Source: Eledone cirrhosa (Eukaryota). From it: 64,000 nucleotides of DNA. Below are positions 1 to 11,584 of this stretch, piece by piece; the first letter of the stretch is position 1, and each line of letters begins with the position of its first letter. Below the pieces are notes generated by a model. The model ran no database searches. It was given only the letters and a program-made list of their open reading frames with translations, and was not told the DNA's origin. A program made the translations under genes and the position numbers. Where the stretch lies: contig OZ024741.1 of assembly GCA_964016885.1 (NCBI GenBank), positions 132,308,001 to 132,372,000 on the forward strand. Direction: 5' to 3'.

Positions 1-330
1 ATGGCGAGAGAATGACGTCAAGAAATTTAAAAATGAGTTCAGTGGGGTAGCTGTACAGAAAGACAGAATGCATGAAGGAATCGAGGTCACAGAACTGGCC
101 AAGATTCGGCATCCAGTGTGATGGTCAGTGGCTGAGACTCGAGAAGTTGTTCGTATGGGTCGACAAGGGCCAGTGTTTTGTAGAAGAATGCGCAGTTTCT
201 TGCGGCGCAAAAACCATTCAGCATCGGCGCGAGTTTGAAACCCACCGCAGGTATATGTGACGGGTATCAATCGTAGACATCTACCGAGAAGGGAACACTT
301 AGTTTCAGAGAGGTGTAAGACCTGTGGTAG
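1..330 (-). mobile_element. Possible degenerate Penelope-like element N-terminal ORF fragment
   Basis: Minus-strand translation contains LLGRCLRLIP...GGF, resembling the FL.xCL...IPxGF motif near PLE ORF N-termini. The tagtttcaga(a)agagg motif is shared with ~3291. Weak. Confidence 0.3.
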
Positions 331-1095
331 ACTAGTAACAGTGAGGGAGGGGGTGTATGGAGAATGATGGTAGTCAAAGTGGGGGTGTGAAGTTGGATGT
401 GGTGTGTGCGGAGATCACTGGATATATTTATGTGTGTATATATAAAGTATAAAAGTGTGCGTGAATAAATATTTTCAAATATATGTTAAACGTGTTGCGT
501 GTGTGTCCGTATGTGTGCATATATATATGTATACATATGATACTTTACTTAGTTTAATATCTCACATACCACTAATAGGTTGGTGTTCTTAACCGCGGTT
601 ATTTCGATATATAAACGGAAATAACCTCTGTTTTACAGTTTAATACGCAAAGGAAATTATAGCAGTTTAATTCCTGTCTATAGGAAGTTTACTTTTACTA
701 CAAATGGTGAAATAACAATAAAAAGGTGATTATGTAAAACCTGAAAAGAAACTGAATACTGGGACATGAATCACATATAGAGGAAATCTGAGTAGCGACT
801 GTTTCCATCTTATTGCACTTTTTTTAGAAATATATATTTCAACTCTATTTTCATTGGTGATAAGCTTACAGTGTGTGTATATATCTATATATATATATAT
901 ATGATATAAATATTCCAGTAGGTACTAAGTACCCACGGAAATATATATGGTGTCTATAACAGTGGTTTTTCAATGGTACTAATTTGAGATACCAGAATTA
1001 TAAAAATGAGCGGAACAAGTAAACATTAAACAATCTTTTAAATAAATTAAAATACGATTTAAATATTCACCTGTTTCTATTATATATATTCTAGT

Positions 1096-1175
1096 GCTGT
1101 GACCGACGTTTTCGATTATCAAAGGATTGGAAATTCAGAGAATTTCCAATGGAAAGAATCACCTCTTCAGACAGC
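1096..1175 (-). ncRNA. Hammerhead ribozyme, type I (inverted copy of 1506-1585)
   Basis: Minus strand: gctgt-CTGAAGA-ggtgatt...gataatc-GAAA-acgtcg-GTC-acagc. Stem II contains the hairpin attggaaattc/gaatttccaat. Confidence 0.7.
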
Positions 1176-1505
1176 TATTTCCATATCACAGGGCACAAAA
1201 GCTTTGTAGTAGTAAATATATTGCTTTCTGCCCAATGCATGAGGTCAAGCCGTTAAAGTGACCTACACATAATTAGGCCGTTAGGAAAAAGCGGGAATTA
1301 TAGACTTGTTGAAATTTCATGTTACTAGAAATTGCAGCACGAGACAACATTTTTTTTCTCTACATAGAAGGAGAATACAAATAAATGATATAAATATTCC
1401 AGTAGGTACTAAGTACCCACGGAAATATATATGGTGTCTCGTGAATTGGGCAGAAAGCAATATATTTACTACTCCAAGGCTTTTGTGCCCTGTGGTATGG
1501 AAATA

Positions 1506-1585
1506 GCTGTCTGAAGAGGTGATTCTTTCCATTCGAAATTCTCTGTATTTCCAATCTTTTGATAAGCGAAACCGTCGGTCACAGC
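1506..1585 (+). ncRNA. Hammerhead ribozyme, type I
   Basis: gctgt-CTGAAGA(1511-1517)-long stem II-GAAAC(1568-1572)-cgtcg-GTC(1578-1580)-acagc. Stem I gctgt/acagc is perfect. Confidence 0.75.
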
Positions 1586-1664
1586 ACTAGAACAGGTGAA
1601 TATTTAAATCGTATTTTAATTTATTTAAAAGAATGTTTAATGTTTACTTGTTTCCGCTCATTTT

Positions 1665-2221
1665 TATGCATCTGTGTATATAAATGTTACTAGATATAAA
1701 TTCCTTATAATTATCTCCAATTCATTTGTCGAGCAATATTTGGCCATGACTGCTACTATGGTAGTAGGCTGGCCGCTGTCTTATTAACCATTCGCTTTCC
1801 ACTGATTGACCTCGATGTCACGTGATTGATTCTTTTTGAATTTGCCACAGACGAAGAGGCAGTGACTTTATCAATGGCTAGGAATCCAGTCCACGCTTCG
1901 CTATTTCCTTTCCACTGAATTTTTTTAATAAGTTTCCAGAGTCCTCGCTATGCCTGGAGACTTACACGGAAAAAGACTTTCCTGATGACGGAATGATTTT
2001 CTATAGGGTTCTTCGGAAAATATATTTACTCCATTCCAGAAACTAATTAGTTGGAAGTGATTTTTAAGTAAGTAAGTTAATTTTATAATTTTCTTATTTT
2101 ACGTCTCTCATATGATTGTTCTGCAACCCATGCATTGAACCACAATGTTAATAAGACAAAACCTATATATTTGCTAGCATTGATATGCATCTGTGTATAT
2201 AAATGTTACTAGATATAAATT

Positions 2222-2227
<6 letters not shown>
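1665..2227 (+). mobile_element. ~520-bp non-coding hammerhead element with 44-bp terminal direct redundancy
   Basis: tatgcatctgtgtatataaatgttactagatataaattccttata occurs at 1665 and 2184 (period 519). Runs into (TA)n and contains the hammerhead at 1976-2058. Confidence 0.7.
1976..2058 (+). ncRNA. Hammerhead ribozyme, type I, palindromic stem III
   Basis: actttc-CTGATGA(1982-1988)-c-ggaatg...cattcc-a-GAAAC(2039-2043)-taatta-GTT-ggaagt. Stem III actaattagt is self-complementary. Confidence 0.75.
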
Positions 2228-2272
<45 letters not shown>

Positions 2273-2277
<5 letters not shown>

Positions 2278-2806
2278 GTTCGGTGAATCCATACGTACAT
2301 ATATATATATATGTGTGCATGTATGTATATATATATACATACTACTGTACGTCTGTATACATATATGTATGTACGTATAAATACTTATATTAAGTAACAG
2401 CCGTACTAAGAGTGGGAAATGAGATTTCGTTTCATTTTTTCCGTTTATCGTTTTCGGTGCACCCGGCCGCTTAACCCACTCGATATGCAAATTGGGCTAC
2501 TCAGCCGTTAATATGCATAAGGAAAGTATATACTTTCAGACGTTCAATCATCTGGCAGGAAGGTATACGTTGCTGACGATAGCTAATGGGCTTGAAACTA
2601 GTACAGCGTTCCTTTGTCAGTGTTGAACAAACGAGCAACGATGGCTGCTAGACACTACGGCTTAATACGGGATGTTTGTTTACAAACACACCGAGCATTG
2701 TAATAAATGTTCGGTGAATCCATACGTACATATATATATGTGTGCATGTATGTATATATACATACTACTGTACGTCTGTATACATATATGTATGTACGTA
2801 TACATA

Positions 2807-2810
<4 letters not shown>
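2273..2810 (+). mobile_element. ~431-bp monomer plus ~110-bp terminal redundancy, hammerhead-bearing (retrozyme-like family A)
   Basis: taaatgttcggtgaatccatacgtac... starts at 2273 and again at 2704. Flanked by (TA)n on both sides. Further copies at 17860-18965. Confidence 0.8.
2567..2609 (+). ncRNA. Minimal hammerhead ribozyme, type I (family A)
   Basis: acgttg-CTGACGA(2573-2579)-t-agct-aatg-ggct-t-GAAAC-ta-GTA-cagcgt. Stem III is reduced to the palindrome actagt. Confidence 0.8.
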
Positions 2811-2862
<52 letters not shown>

Positions 2863-2867
<5 letters not shown>

Positions 2868-2948
2868 AGGAAACAAGAAACAAACAAACAAACAAATACG
2901 ACTTTGTTAAAGCATCCTCTTGTTTGTTTGTTTCTTGTTTCCTTGATA
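2863..2948. repeat. Short fold-back between (TA)n tracts
   Basis: Arms atcaaggaaacaagaaacaaacaaac / gtttgtttgtttcttgtttccttgat. The loop is the reverse complement of ~3262-3291. Confidence 0.8.
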
Positions 2949-2957
2949 TATATATAT

Positions 2958-3069
<112 letters not shown>

Positions 3070-3164
3070 TATTGAAGTTTCCGTTGAAAATTGAAAAAGT
3101 CATAGGAGTGAAGAGTGCTCTATGTAAGTACCAGAGCAAAATTTAATGTATAATAAACAATACA

Positions 3165-3250
3165 ATATAATTACCTCGTTACCAGAGGTTTCCCGAATAA
3201 GTCGAATACGAAAAACGTCCTCATTCGTTCGTCGGACAAGGCAATTATAT
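3165..3250 (-). ncRNA. Hammerhead ribozyme variant (CCGACGA core)
   Basis: Minus strand: atataattgccttgt-CCGACGA-a-cgaatgag...cttattcg-g-GAAAC-ctctg-GTA-acgaggtaattatat. Stem I is 15 bp with G-U pairs. Confidence 0.7.
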
Positions 3251-3289
3251 ATATACAAACCAACAAGAGGATGCTTTAACAAAGTCGTA

Positions 3290-4850
3290 TTAGTTTCAGA
3301 AAGAGGGTGAGTTATACAGTCAACGTATTGGGCATGTGCCCTTCGTCGGGAAAAACAGCGTTCAGGGTGTAGAAAAAGTATAATACATAAGGAAAAAGAA
3401 AAGAAAACATGTTTTAAATAAGATTAGAAATAAGGAGGAAAAATAGTGTTGTGTGGGAAAGTGGTCCGGTGTGTGGGTGTGGGGGATTGAGGTGAGAGTT
3501 GCAGACGTGTAGTTGGTGGTTGTGTGTAGGTGGGACACATATTATGATACATATGTGGGTGTTAGGTGAGTTGATGGTGGAAGTGTGTGTGCATGTGTGT
3601 GTCTGAATGTGTGTACATATGTGACCATGCGCGCACACGCATGAATATGCACAGAAACACACACATGTATATGTGTACATACACATACAAGCGTATCCCT
3701 CTCTACGCACTCTTGCATTTGTGAGCGCATGTTTATATTTGTATGTGCGTTTGGCTGGGATGTGGGGTTATTGGTGTGAATTTTGTGGTTGCATAAAGGC
3801 AAACACGCTTAGCTACTAAGTTTACAAATGGAGTAAATATTTAATAATGGCGTGTGAACCATTGCATAATTTAGGAGGCAGTTAAGTAGCAGTGTTTTAC
3901 GTAGGAGGGGTATTCTGTTGCTCAATAATTTACAGACGGATGGTGAGGACGAAAATGTTGGTGCAACAACTGTAAAGGATTCTAATATACTACCGCTTGT
4001 AAACTCTATTATATTTTGTTAATTATAAACTCTGTGAAGATAATATGTGGAATTGATCGGTTTTTGCCTAAACGGTGAAGAGGTGTGGCCGCCGTTTGTG
4101 GGACATGCCTTTCCGCAGCTCGTCTTTTATTACTGAGCAGCAGTCCTGGCTTAAGATGAGACTGAGACTGAGCGCCTGGCATTTGGAATGTTATCAGGCT
4201 CAAACTGCCTTCCACTAGGCGGGCAATGTGGACAGTGAAACTTCCACTCTCGAGTTCTATAGAGGATTAGTGTGGGCAAGTGCGACGACGCACTCGGAGA
4301 GGCTCTGGGCGTCGACGAAGTTGAACTGACCTGTCTGTTCCGGAGGACTTTCGAGCCGGAGACTATGGATAACTTCCAGAAATCCCTCGCTAGGTTCGAG
4401 ATAAATCTAAAGGGATGGAAGTTCTGTCAGACCGACCTGCCTGAAATACACGCAGAGCGACGAAAACATTTTGCACGCACTTGTCCAGTGTCCGTGCATT
4501 ACTGACTTGTGGAGTTATGTCGAACAGCAGTTGTCGTGTGCAGGACGAATCCAGCTACCGACCGAGTCCATAACGAAGATCACCCCAGCTCCCTCTTTTG
4601 GCCGGGAAGGGCGTGCAGTTTTCCTCTGTCTGGTGGCGGTAGTGAAAGAGGTTGTGTGGTGGACCAGGTTGAAAGGATTGAAGACAGACACTTTTCTCTT
4701 CGGCCAATCCTCATCAACCTTTTCAAGTTTCACTTGGAAAGGAAAGTGAGGGTGAAGAGAGAAGTGCTTTTGCTAAAAGGGGCGAGAATGACTTATGTGA
4801 ATGGGCCTAGTCTGAGCATACGCCTACTGTGATAGCTCTCATTAAACCTG
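3290..4850 (-). mobile_element. Possible degenerate Penelope-like element remnant
   Basis: GC-richer coding-like block at 4050-4830 without an intact ORF, a CA-rich segment, and a decayed hammerhead-like motif at ~3320-3355 (CCGACGA-agggca-ca-tgccc-aatac-gtt on the minus strand). Weak. Confidence 0.3.
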
Positions 4851-4869
4851 ATAAACTGTATATTTGTAA

Positions 4870-4990
4870 TGCTTTCATCTACAGGGTCGATAAAATAAAA
4901 TACCAGTAATGCACTGGGGTCGTTTTAATCGACTTTCCCCTCCTCTAAATTGCTGGTCTTGTGCCTACAGCAAAAATCATTATTATTATT
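4870..4990 (+). mobile_element. SINE, 3' part
   Basis: gggtcgataaaataaa-taccagtaatgcactggg...ttgctggtcttgtgcct body shared with many copies in the window, followed by an (ATT)n tail. Confidence 0.8.
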
Positions 4991-5474
4991 AATATATCAT
5001 ATATTATATTATATTTGTTAGAAGCAGAGTTTAGCACGTGAATGAAAAATATAAAAATAAAATATTTTTATAAAGACAAAAATATAGAACTCAGAAAAAA
5101 TCAATTAAAAGTATAAAAATATACCACAAAGAAATGGACAAGCGTGGTAATGAACATGTGGAAGCTATAGCAAGAGTACATCAAACTTAAAGTGTAAGCA
5201 AATACACTACTAATTCAAATCATATACACTTTCACAAGATGTGGAAAATAATCGGCAACCAGCAACACTAAAATCCCGATGGAATAACGTACGTGGAATA
5301 CTATGAGGGGGTATCAGACAAAATATAGGATGCAGTAGTAACAGAGGACTGCTTGAAATATTCAGAAACCTACATCATTCAACCAACAATACCAAACGTC
5401 TTGGATGGCCTAACATACGTGAAAAGGAATGAGAAAGAAACGGATGACATTATAGAGCACACAACACAAATAAT

Positions 5475-5652
5475 TGTTTCTTCTATAGACACAAGGCCAG
5501 CAATTACCCAGTGCATTACTGGTACTTAATTTTATCGACCCCGTAAGGATGAAAGGCAAAGTCAACCTCGGCGGGATTTGAACTGAGATCGTAAAGGGAT
5601 GTAACTATGCTGGAAAGCATGGCGTCCGACCCTCTACCGATACTGCCAATCC
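5475..5652 (-). mobile_element. tRNA-derived SINE inserted in the PLE
   Basis: Near full-length SINE body with B-box-like agttcaaatccc on the minus strand. TSD acacaaataat at 5464-5474 and 5653-5663. Confidence 0.9.
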
Positions 5653-6702
5653 ACACAAATAATGGAACCAGAACATTCCGAAATCAACAATGAGATTGCA
5701 GACATCCTAGATAGAGAACAAGAGTACGTTGCAATGCTTTTTTTTTTTTTTGAGAACGTTAACCCCAAAATCATAAACTTATCGAAACGAAACCTAAACA
5801 AAGCTGAATTTGACTAATTATTGAAGGGTTTCAAATTTACCTAAACACCGACATCAAATATCATCAAACAAAAAGCGGACGTTCAAAGCTTGAATCGGTG
5901 CCTCCTCCAGAGAGAATTTTTCAACGATAAGAATGAAGAAATAAATCCAACTTCACTCCATATAAGAGAGAGAGAGAGATGGGAACATCTAGACACCTAT
6001 ATTGATACAATTTCTAAATTTCCCATTAGTACAGATTTTTTTTTTTTAAACTTCCACCAGGGGAGAAAGAAGGCCTACATACATTGAAAAACAATAATTC
6101 AATTTTTTTAAAGAAGCCGAAAAAAGCGGGGCAATTGTCATTTTGTCATTAAAGAAAAGTATTTTTACGAATATAAAATACTAAAACAATTAACGGACGA
6201 AAATTATAAGAAATTTGAATAGAATATTAAACAAAATAAAATCATTAATCGAACAACACGTAGACTCTTTTGATTATTTATGCAACTTGAAAGTTGGGTA
6301 CTATTGAATTACCAAATATTAGTAAAGGCTCAAAAGTACAGGGAGCTACTAATGAACAAAATAATCGATACATAGAAATACTGAGATCAGCTGATCTCCA
6401 ACAGAGATCTATTGTTGTAGGACCGCAATCTCCAGCATTTTGTCGACTATCTTATTAAACCTATATGTCCAAACATCCCGAGTTATGTACGAAATGACAT
6501 GTATTTCCTTAAACCCATTCCATAAACTATCCCAGGGGACACTATTATGACAAGATTCGACGTACCTAGTCTTTACACTAACATGCCAGAAACAATCAAG
6601 TACTGAGTAGAAGAAACATAGAGACTTGGCAAATAAAAGTGTCAAGACAGATTTCATCACCAAAGCCCTGCCACTGGTTTTAGAAGAAAACCTATTTAAC
6701 TT

Positions 6703-7120
6703 TGGAAGTGAAACATGGCACCTTAAGACCAGCCAAGAGAAGAAGTTGCACGCATTCGATTCCAGGTGTTTGCGAAAGATCCTGGGGATTAAATGGAGTG
6801 ACCATGTAACAAACCAGGAAGTCAGGAACCGCACCAACCAGCAGCTAGTCTCTTCTGCCATCTGCAAGCGACGCCTGGGCTGGTTTGGGCACGCTTTGAG
6901 ACTTCCCCCGGAGAGACTGGCGAACCAAGTACTTAAATGGAACCCACAGGGAAGCAGACGGAGAGGGCGACCCAAAATGAACTGGCGCCAGACAGTTGAG
7001 AGGGACCTGCGAGCGACAAACAGACAATGGCGGGACGCTGTGCAACTGGCTGCTGACCGAACGCGGTGGAACACTGATTGCCTCATGCGTCGCAAGACGC
7101 GGGAGCTTCTGAGTCTGAGT
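6703..7120 (+). mobile_element. 5'-truncated RTE-type LINE 3' end inserted into the PLE RT
   Basis: GSETW..QEKKLHAFDSRCLRKILGIKWSDHVTNQEV...RRLGWFGHALR...RRRGRPKMNW is the typical RTE/CR1-group RT C-terminus. Ends in (ctgagt)2, and agtgaaa occurs at both junctions. Confidence 0.85.
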
Positions 7121-7814
7121 GAAAAGGATATAGACAAACAAAAGAAACGGCTTAGAAAGAACTACCATTTCTTTTGGCATCCTTATAAAATTATGTAACA
7201 TCGGTTTACAAAAGACATATTTTATAAACGCACACATTCACACACGCATACACACAAACACACACACACACAAACACACACTCACACACACACAAACACA
7301 TACTCACAAACAAACACACACATTCACACACATTCACACACATTCACACACACACTAACCAGTATTAGAACATTTGTTCATGCAGTTCCTCACACAATAA
7401 TCAGAACATTCCATACTGTATGTTAAAATGAATATGCGCAACAGTGGCTATCTAGAACTATGGAAAATTCTTCTTGATGAACTTAGAGCGTTTCCTAAAC
7501 AACAAAAATATCCCTTGATATTTACTAGACAACAGAATTAATCCGAGATAAAAAAAAAATTGAAAATGGCAGGGCCCCAGCATGGCCTCAGATAGTCGGC
7601 TGGAACACGTAAAAGAGTAAAGATATTATTCCGTTTATCAACACACATGATCCAAATATATTTACCGCCATTAAGGTTAACATGTCAAATATGCCTCGAA
7701 CCAAAAAAATAATGAAATCTCTTGTAAAAGACACCTCAATTACCAACAACCGCCAACCAGAGAACTTAACAAATATCTCACAAGGGCAAAATTTACATTA
7801 AAAAATGATTCCAA

Positions 7815-8348
7815 AATTTCCGTCAATACATCCGAGAGATGCGAGTTCGATTTCTCTTAGGTGCCTCTGTCCACATTGCAAAACCATAACTACTTTACCC
7901 AATGTTCCTAACAATCATTTATAATGATCGACTATCGAAACGTCTGCATTTCAAATTCCCAATTTTCCACATAATTCTTAGTTCAATCGGATGTTTACAC
8001 GGCTACAGGCTTAACATTTTGTAAAAGGCGGCCATTGTGACTAATGAACTTTTAGTGTAATAGCTAAAGCACTCGCCCGACATCCGAGAGGTGCGAGGTT
8101 CGATTCCACGCAGGCGCTTCTGTTCAAATTTTCCAGGACACAAATTCTCCAGAACACTTTATCCGATTTTTTCTACTAATATTATAGTGACCTACTATTG
8201 CTATAGTCATTTACAGTTGGATGACTGCATTTAAAATGTTATATATTCCTTCTTACGCACACCGGATATATGTATACATAACGGTAATGGGAGTTGTAGG
8301 TGTGTCTAAATAAATACAACCATTTTCTCACTATGTGTTTATTTATTT

Positions 8349-8398
<50 letters not shown>

Positions 8399-8510
8399 TG
8401 TATGTATGTATCATTTGAATTGTATAGGCATTAAGTACGTTGACGTATGAAATGATTGTTTTAAACCTAGTTTAGAGTGCTCTCAGTTGGATTCCTGCTT
8501 TACACTGCAT
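7815..8510 (+). mobile_element. Interspersed repeat with an internal tRNA-like module and partial tandem duplication
   Basis: A-box-like tagtgtaatagctaaagca (~8052) and B-box ggttcgattcc (~8097). catccgagag-tgcgag-ttcgatt is repeated at ~7829 and ~8091. Second copy at 11585-12110. Confidence 0.65.
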
Positions 8511-9295
8511 CAATATATATATATATATATATGTGTGTGTGTTTAACAGCTGTGGGATATGCAGTAGCGGCGTCTGTAACTATTTGAAAATTAGTTCCGA
8601 GGTAAAATTCAAGATACAACAATTATTTAAAATATGCACTGTGAAATAGAAAATCTGATACATTTTAAACTCTATCTTGGCTGCAAAGAGAATTATATCG
8701 GTCATACCGTTAACTTGCAGTGTTAACGAAACAAAGCATACGAGAAATGGAACTAAGAAAAGATCCCAACGCGTGAACATTTAGAAGTTCGTAGGAAGAC
8801 AACATTTAAAATATTTGCTTTTTATAATTATCCAATGTACCGGCAAGAAATGAAAGATATTTCATCAATAAGTTCCTTTGGTGGACGAAAGAATATTTAT
8901 AAGTGGCTTTGTGGTTAGGGAATTCGGCTCGTGAGTTCGATTCTCTGCGGTGGGCTGTGTCCTTGAGCAAGACACTTTATTTCACTAGGAGAAAAAGTTA
9001 ATATGAAGAGTGGTTTTTTATATACGCGGAGATACTGTAAATCTCTATATATATAAAACGGGAGATGTCTGTGTGTATGATTTTTATCCATTTCCACATT
9101 TCTCTACCGATTTTGATGATTCTTTTTCCAATGTGCTCCACATTTACCAACGATGGTCAACGCGTAATAAACTTTGCCAACAATTTCCTGCTTCTATGAA
9201 AAAATCGATAAACCTAAATACATGCTGTAACCCTCTCTCTTACACGCTTAATCCCTCTCTCTACTACCCTCACAAATCGATGAAAGTTCACATGT

Positions 9296-9424
9296 TGCAA
9301 CTCTCTTTAAAAGGTTCATCCCTCCCTCTACTCCCCTCTCAATCTCCTCTGCAACTCTCTTTAAAAGGTTCATCCCTCCCTCTACTCCCCTCTCAATCTC
9401 CTCTGCAACTTTTTTTAAAAGGTT
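9296..9424 (+). repeat. 54-bp tandem repeat (2.4 copies) inside the Helitron
   Basis: tgcaactctctttaaaaggttcatccctcc... starts at 9296, 9350 and 9404. Confidence 0.9.
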
Positions 9425-10219
9425 AATGCCTATCACCATTACAGTTTACAACAGCGACAAAACTTCGTTCAGGAACGCGCCATAAACTTTGAAATATATG
9501 CAACACATCAATTTATACAACAACAAACATAGTCATAACGACGCTCATACATCAAATAACAAAACTTAAAAAGCCGATAAAACTAAATACATGCTCCTCT
9601 CTCACCATTACATTTCACCCCATTACATTTTACATCAAATAACAAATATTCAAAAGCAACAGATGAATTTATACAACAAACGTAGTCATAACGATGCTTA
9701 AGCATTTATTTACTTGAATCTCAACAAAGACATTATATTTTATTGTTGTTATTTTTGTAAATTTTTTCTTTGCTTTTAGCAATATGAGAGGAAAAAATAA
9801 TGAGAAAACTTTTTTCAGGAACGTCCGATTTTGATGATTTTTTTTCCAGTGTGCTCCAAAATATCGCCCCTGTTTACGCTCTTTTGTGCTATAACTCAGG
9901 CGGGCTTGGCTTACAGGTTTGACCTACTATTTGACGTGCATTCTTCATACAATTTACTTAGTACTCACTTTCCACTTATTCACTGTTCAATTGAAATTTT
10001 TCGCTCCCCCCTCCCCCCTTCTTGCTCCATTACCTGCATAAATATTTACGTGTTCGGTCCTGCTACAACATAGTACTCAATTTACACTTATTCACTGTTC
10101 AATTGAAAATGTTCGCTACCACACATAATTTGTCGCCAAACTAAAACTGCTGCTGCTGCCAAATGAAGAAGAGCTACAGAGTCGTCCGTCGAGAAATTGA
10201 CTCGGTTGTCACAGCCGAC

Positions 10220-10995
10220 TTCTCGAAGGACCTCTTAACAGTTGGTGACGGCACTGCACCTTCAGATGCAGCTGGAGAAATGGCAGTCTCGCAAGTAGGC
10301 ACCGTTGTCGACACTATTGACGACCTCACAGCCTCTGTCTTTCCCGATATGGCCATCAACTACAAAAACACGAGTTGGCTGTGCGATAGAGCCATATTGG
10401 CTCCCAAAAATGTCTCCGTTGCAAAAATCAATGAAGACCTTCTGTAACGCATTCCTGAAAAACTCCGTACCTACAAATCTGTGGACAAAGTTGTGGACAA
10501 AGATGAGGTTGACGATTTTTTCACAGAATTCCTCAATTCCTTGGACCTCTCTGGACTGCCACCTCATGAACTGCGCGTCAAAGTTGGGACTCCAGTGATG
10601 CTGTTGAGGAACCTGGAACCACCGCGTCTCTGCAACGGAACACGGTTAGTGGTTAAGAAACCTCCTGCCGCATGTAATTGAAGCCACAACTCTCACGGGC
10701 TGCGGCGCTGGAGAAAACGGCTTGATACCCAGAATACCATTAACTCCATCAGGTACCGAATACCCCTGTACTCTGCGCCGACTTCAACTCCCCATTAAAC
10801 TTTGCTTCGCGATGTCAATCAACAAGTCCCAAGCCCAAACTCTATCAACGGCAGGCTTCCATTTAGCCCAGCCGTGCTTCTCACATGGCCAATTATACGT
10901 CGCATGCTCAAGAGTGGGATGCAAGCAGAACTTATTCATACTTGCGCTCAAAGGCAGAACAAAAAATGTGGTCTACAGAGAGGTGTTGCGATTCC
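10220..10995 (+). pseudogene. Helitron RepHel PIF1-family helicase, C-terminal half (stop at 10445, frameshift ~10662)
   Basis: RAILAPKN; EFLNSLDLSGLPPHELRVKVGTPVMLLRNL..RLCNGTRL; IPRIPL; FAMSINKSQAQTL; FSHGQLYVACSRV. Confidence 0.93.
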
Positions 10996-11303
10996 AATAT
11001 TCGGCACCACTACAGTCTTGCCGGTCTGACATATGGTGAGAAGATGCTATTGTTGTATATTTTCAAACTTACCCGTATTTACTTTCTTTGCTTCAATAAT
11101 CATGAGTGAGTGGAATCATTAAGAGTACTTTAAAGCAATTAAACTCCTAGCAACGCCGGGCACTTCTGCTAGTAGCTTATAAAATAGAGAAAAGACCATT
11201 GCCAACAATCTATGCCCTTATCTGTTTGAATTTCCCTTCTCACTTTTTAGTCCAACCTTCTGTTAACATGAGTACATTACACAATTTTCTCAACAATTAT
11301 TTA

Positions 11304-11583
11304 TAATTGTTTCTACTTTTGGCACAAGGCCAGCAATTACTCAGTGCATTACTGGTACTTTATTTTATCGACCCCGTAAGGATGAAAGGCAAAATTAGCC
11401 TCCGCGGGATTTGAACTCAGAATGGCAAGGGCCGTAACTCTATGCGTCAAAGCATGTCGTCCGACCCTCTACCGATACTGCCAATCCATTATATATAATT
11501 GTTTCTACTTTTGGCACAAGGCCAGCAATTATCCCAGTGTATAACTGGTACTTTATTTTATCGACGCCGTAAGGATGAAAGGC
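11304..11583 (-). mobile_element. Two adjacent SINE copies (11304-11488 and truncated 11496-11583)
   Basis: Same SINE body as 5475-5652. Confidence 0.9.
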
Positions 11584-11584
11584 A

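Larger units (their letters stand above)
900..1667. mobile_element. Non-coding fold-back element carrying two hammerheads (retrozyme/PLE-pLTR-like)
   Basis: Inverted arms ~1001-1243 and ~1438-1667. Direct duplication of ~901-956 at ~1386-1439. Left flank is (TA)n. Confidence 0.75.
5050..7810 (+). pseudogene. Degenerate Penelope-like retroelement reverse transcriptase
   Basis: Motifs in PLE order across stops and frameshifts: KIINLSKRNLNKAEFD*LLKGFKFT*TP (~5768), KEAEKSGAIVI (~6110), RSIVVGPQSP and HFVDYLIKP..IPSYVRND (~6405-6500), FDVPSLYTNMP (~6556), LVLEENLFNFG (~6675), YRQTKETA (~7129), IPFINTHDPN (~7628), RQPENL (~7750). The left boundary is approximate. Confidence 0.85.
9042..11172 (+). 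mobile_element. Non-autonomous Helitron (internally deleted), 2.1 kb
   Basis: 5' end A|TCTCTATATATATAAAA at 9042. 3' end gcaacgccggg...CTAG|T at 11172. Inserted between A and T with no TSD, and contains a PIF1 helicase remnant. Confidence 0.85.

Noticed and set aside
6409-7237. Minus-strand ORFs of 242 and 130 aa
   Set aside because: Antisense shadows of the LINE/PLE coding strand.
8045-8120. Functional tRNA gene
   Set aside because: Acceptor and anticodon stems are poorly paired, and it is embedded in a multicopy repeat.
9296-9424. Link between this 54-bp repeat and the 54-bp satellite
   Set aside because: Same period but no visible sequence similarity.
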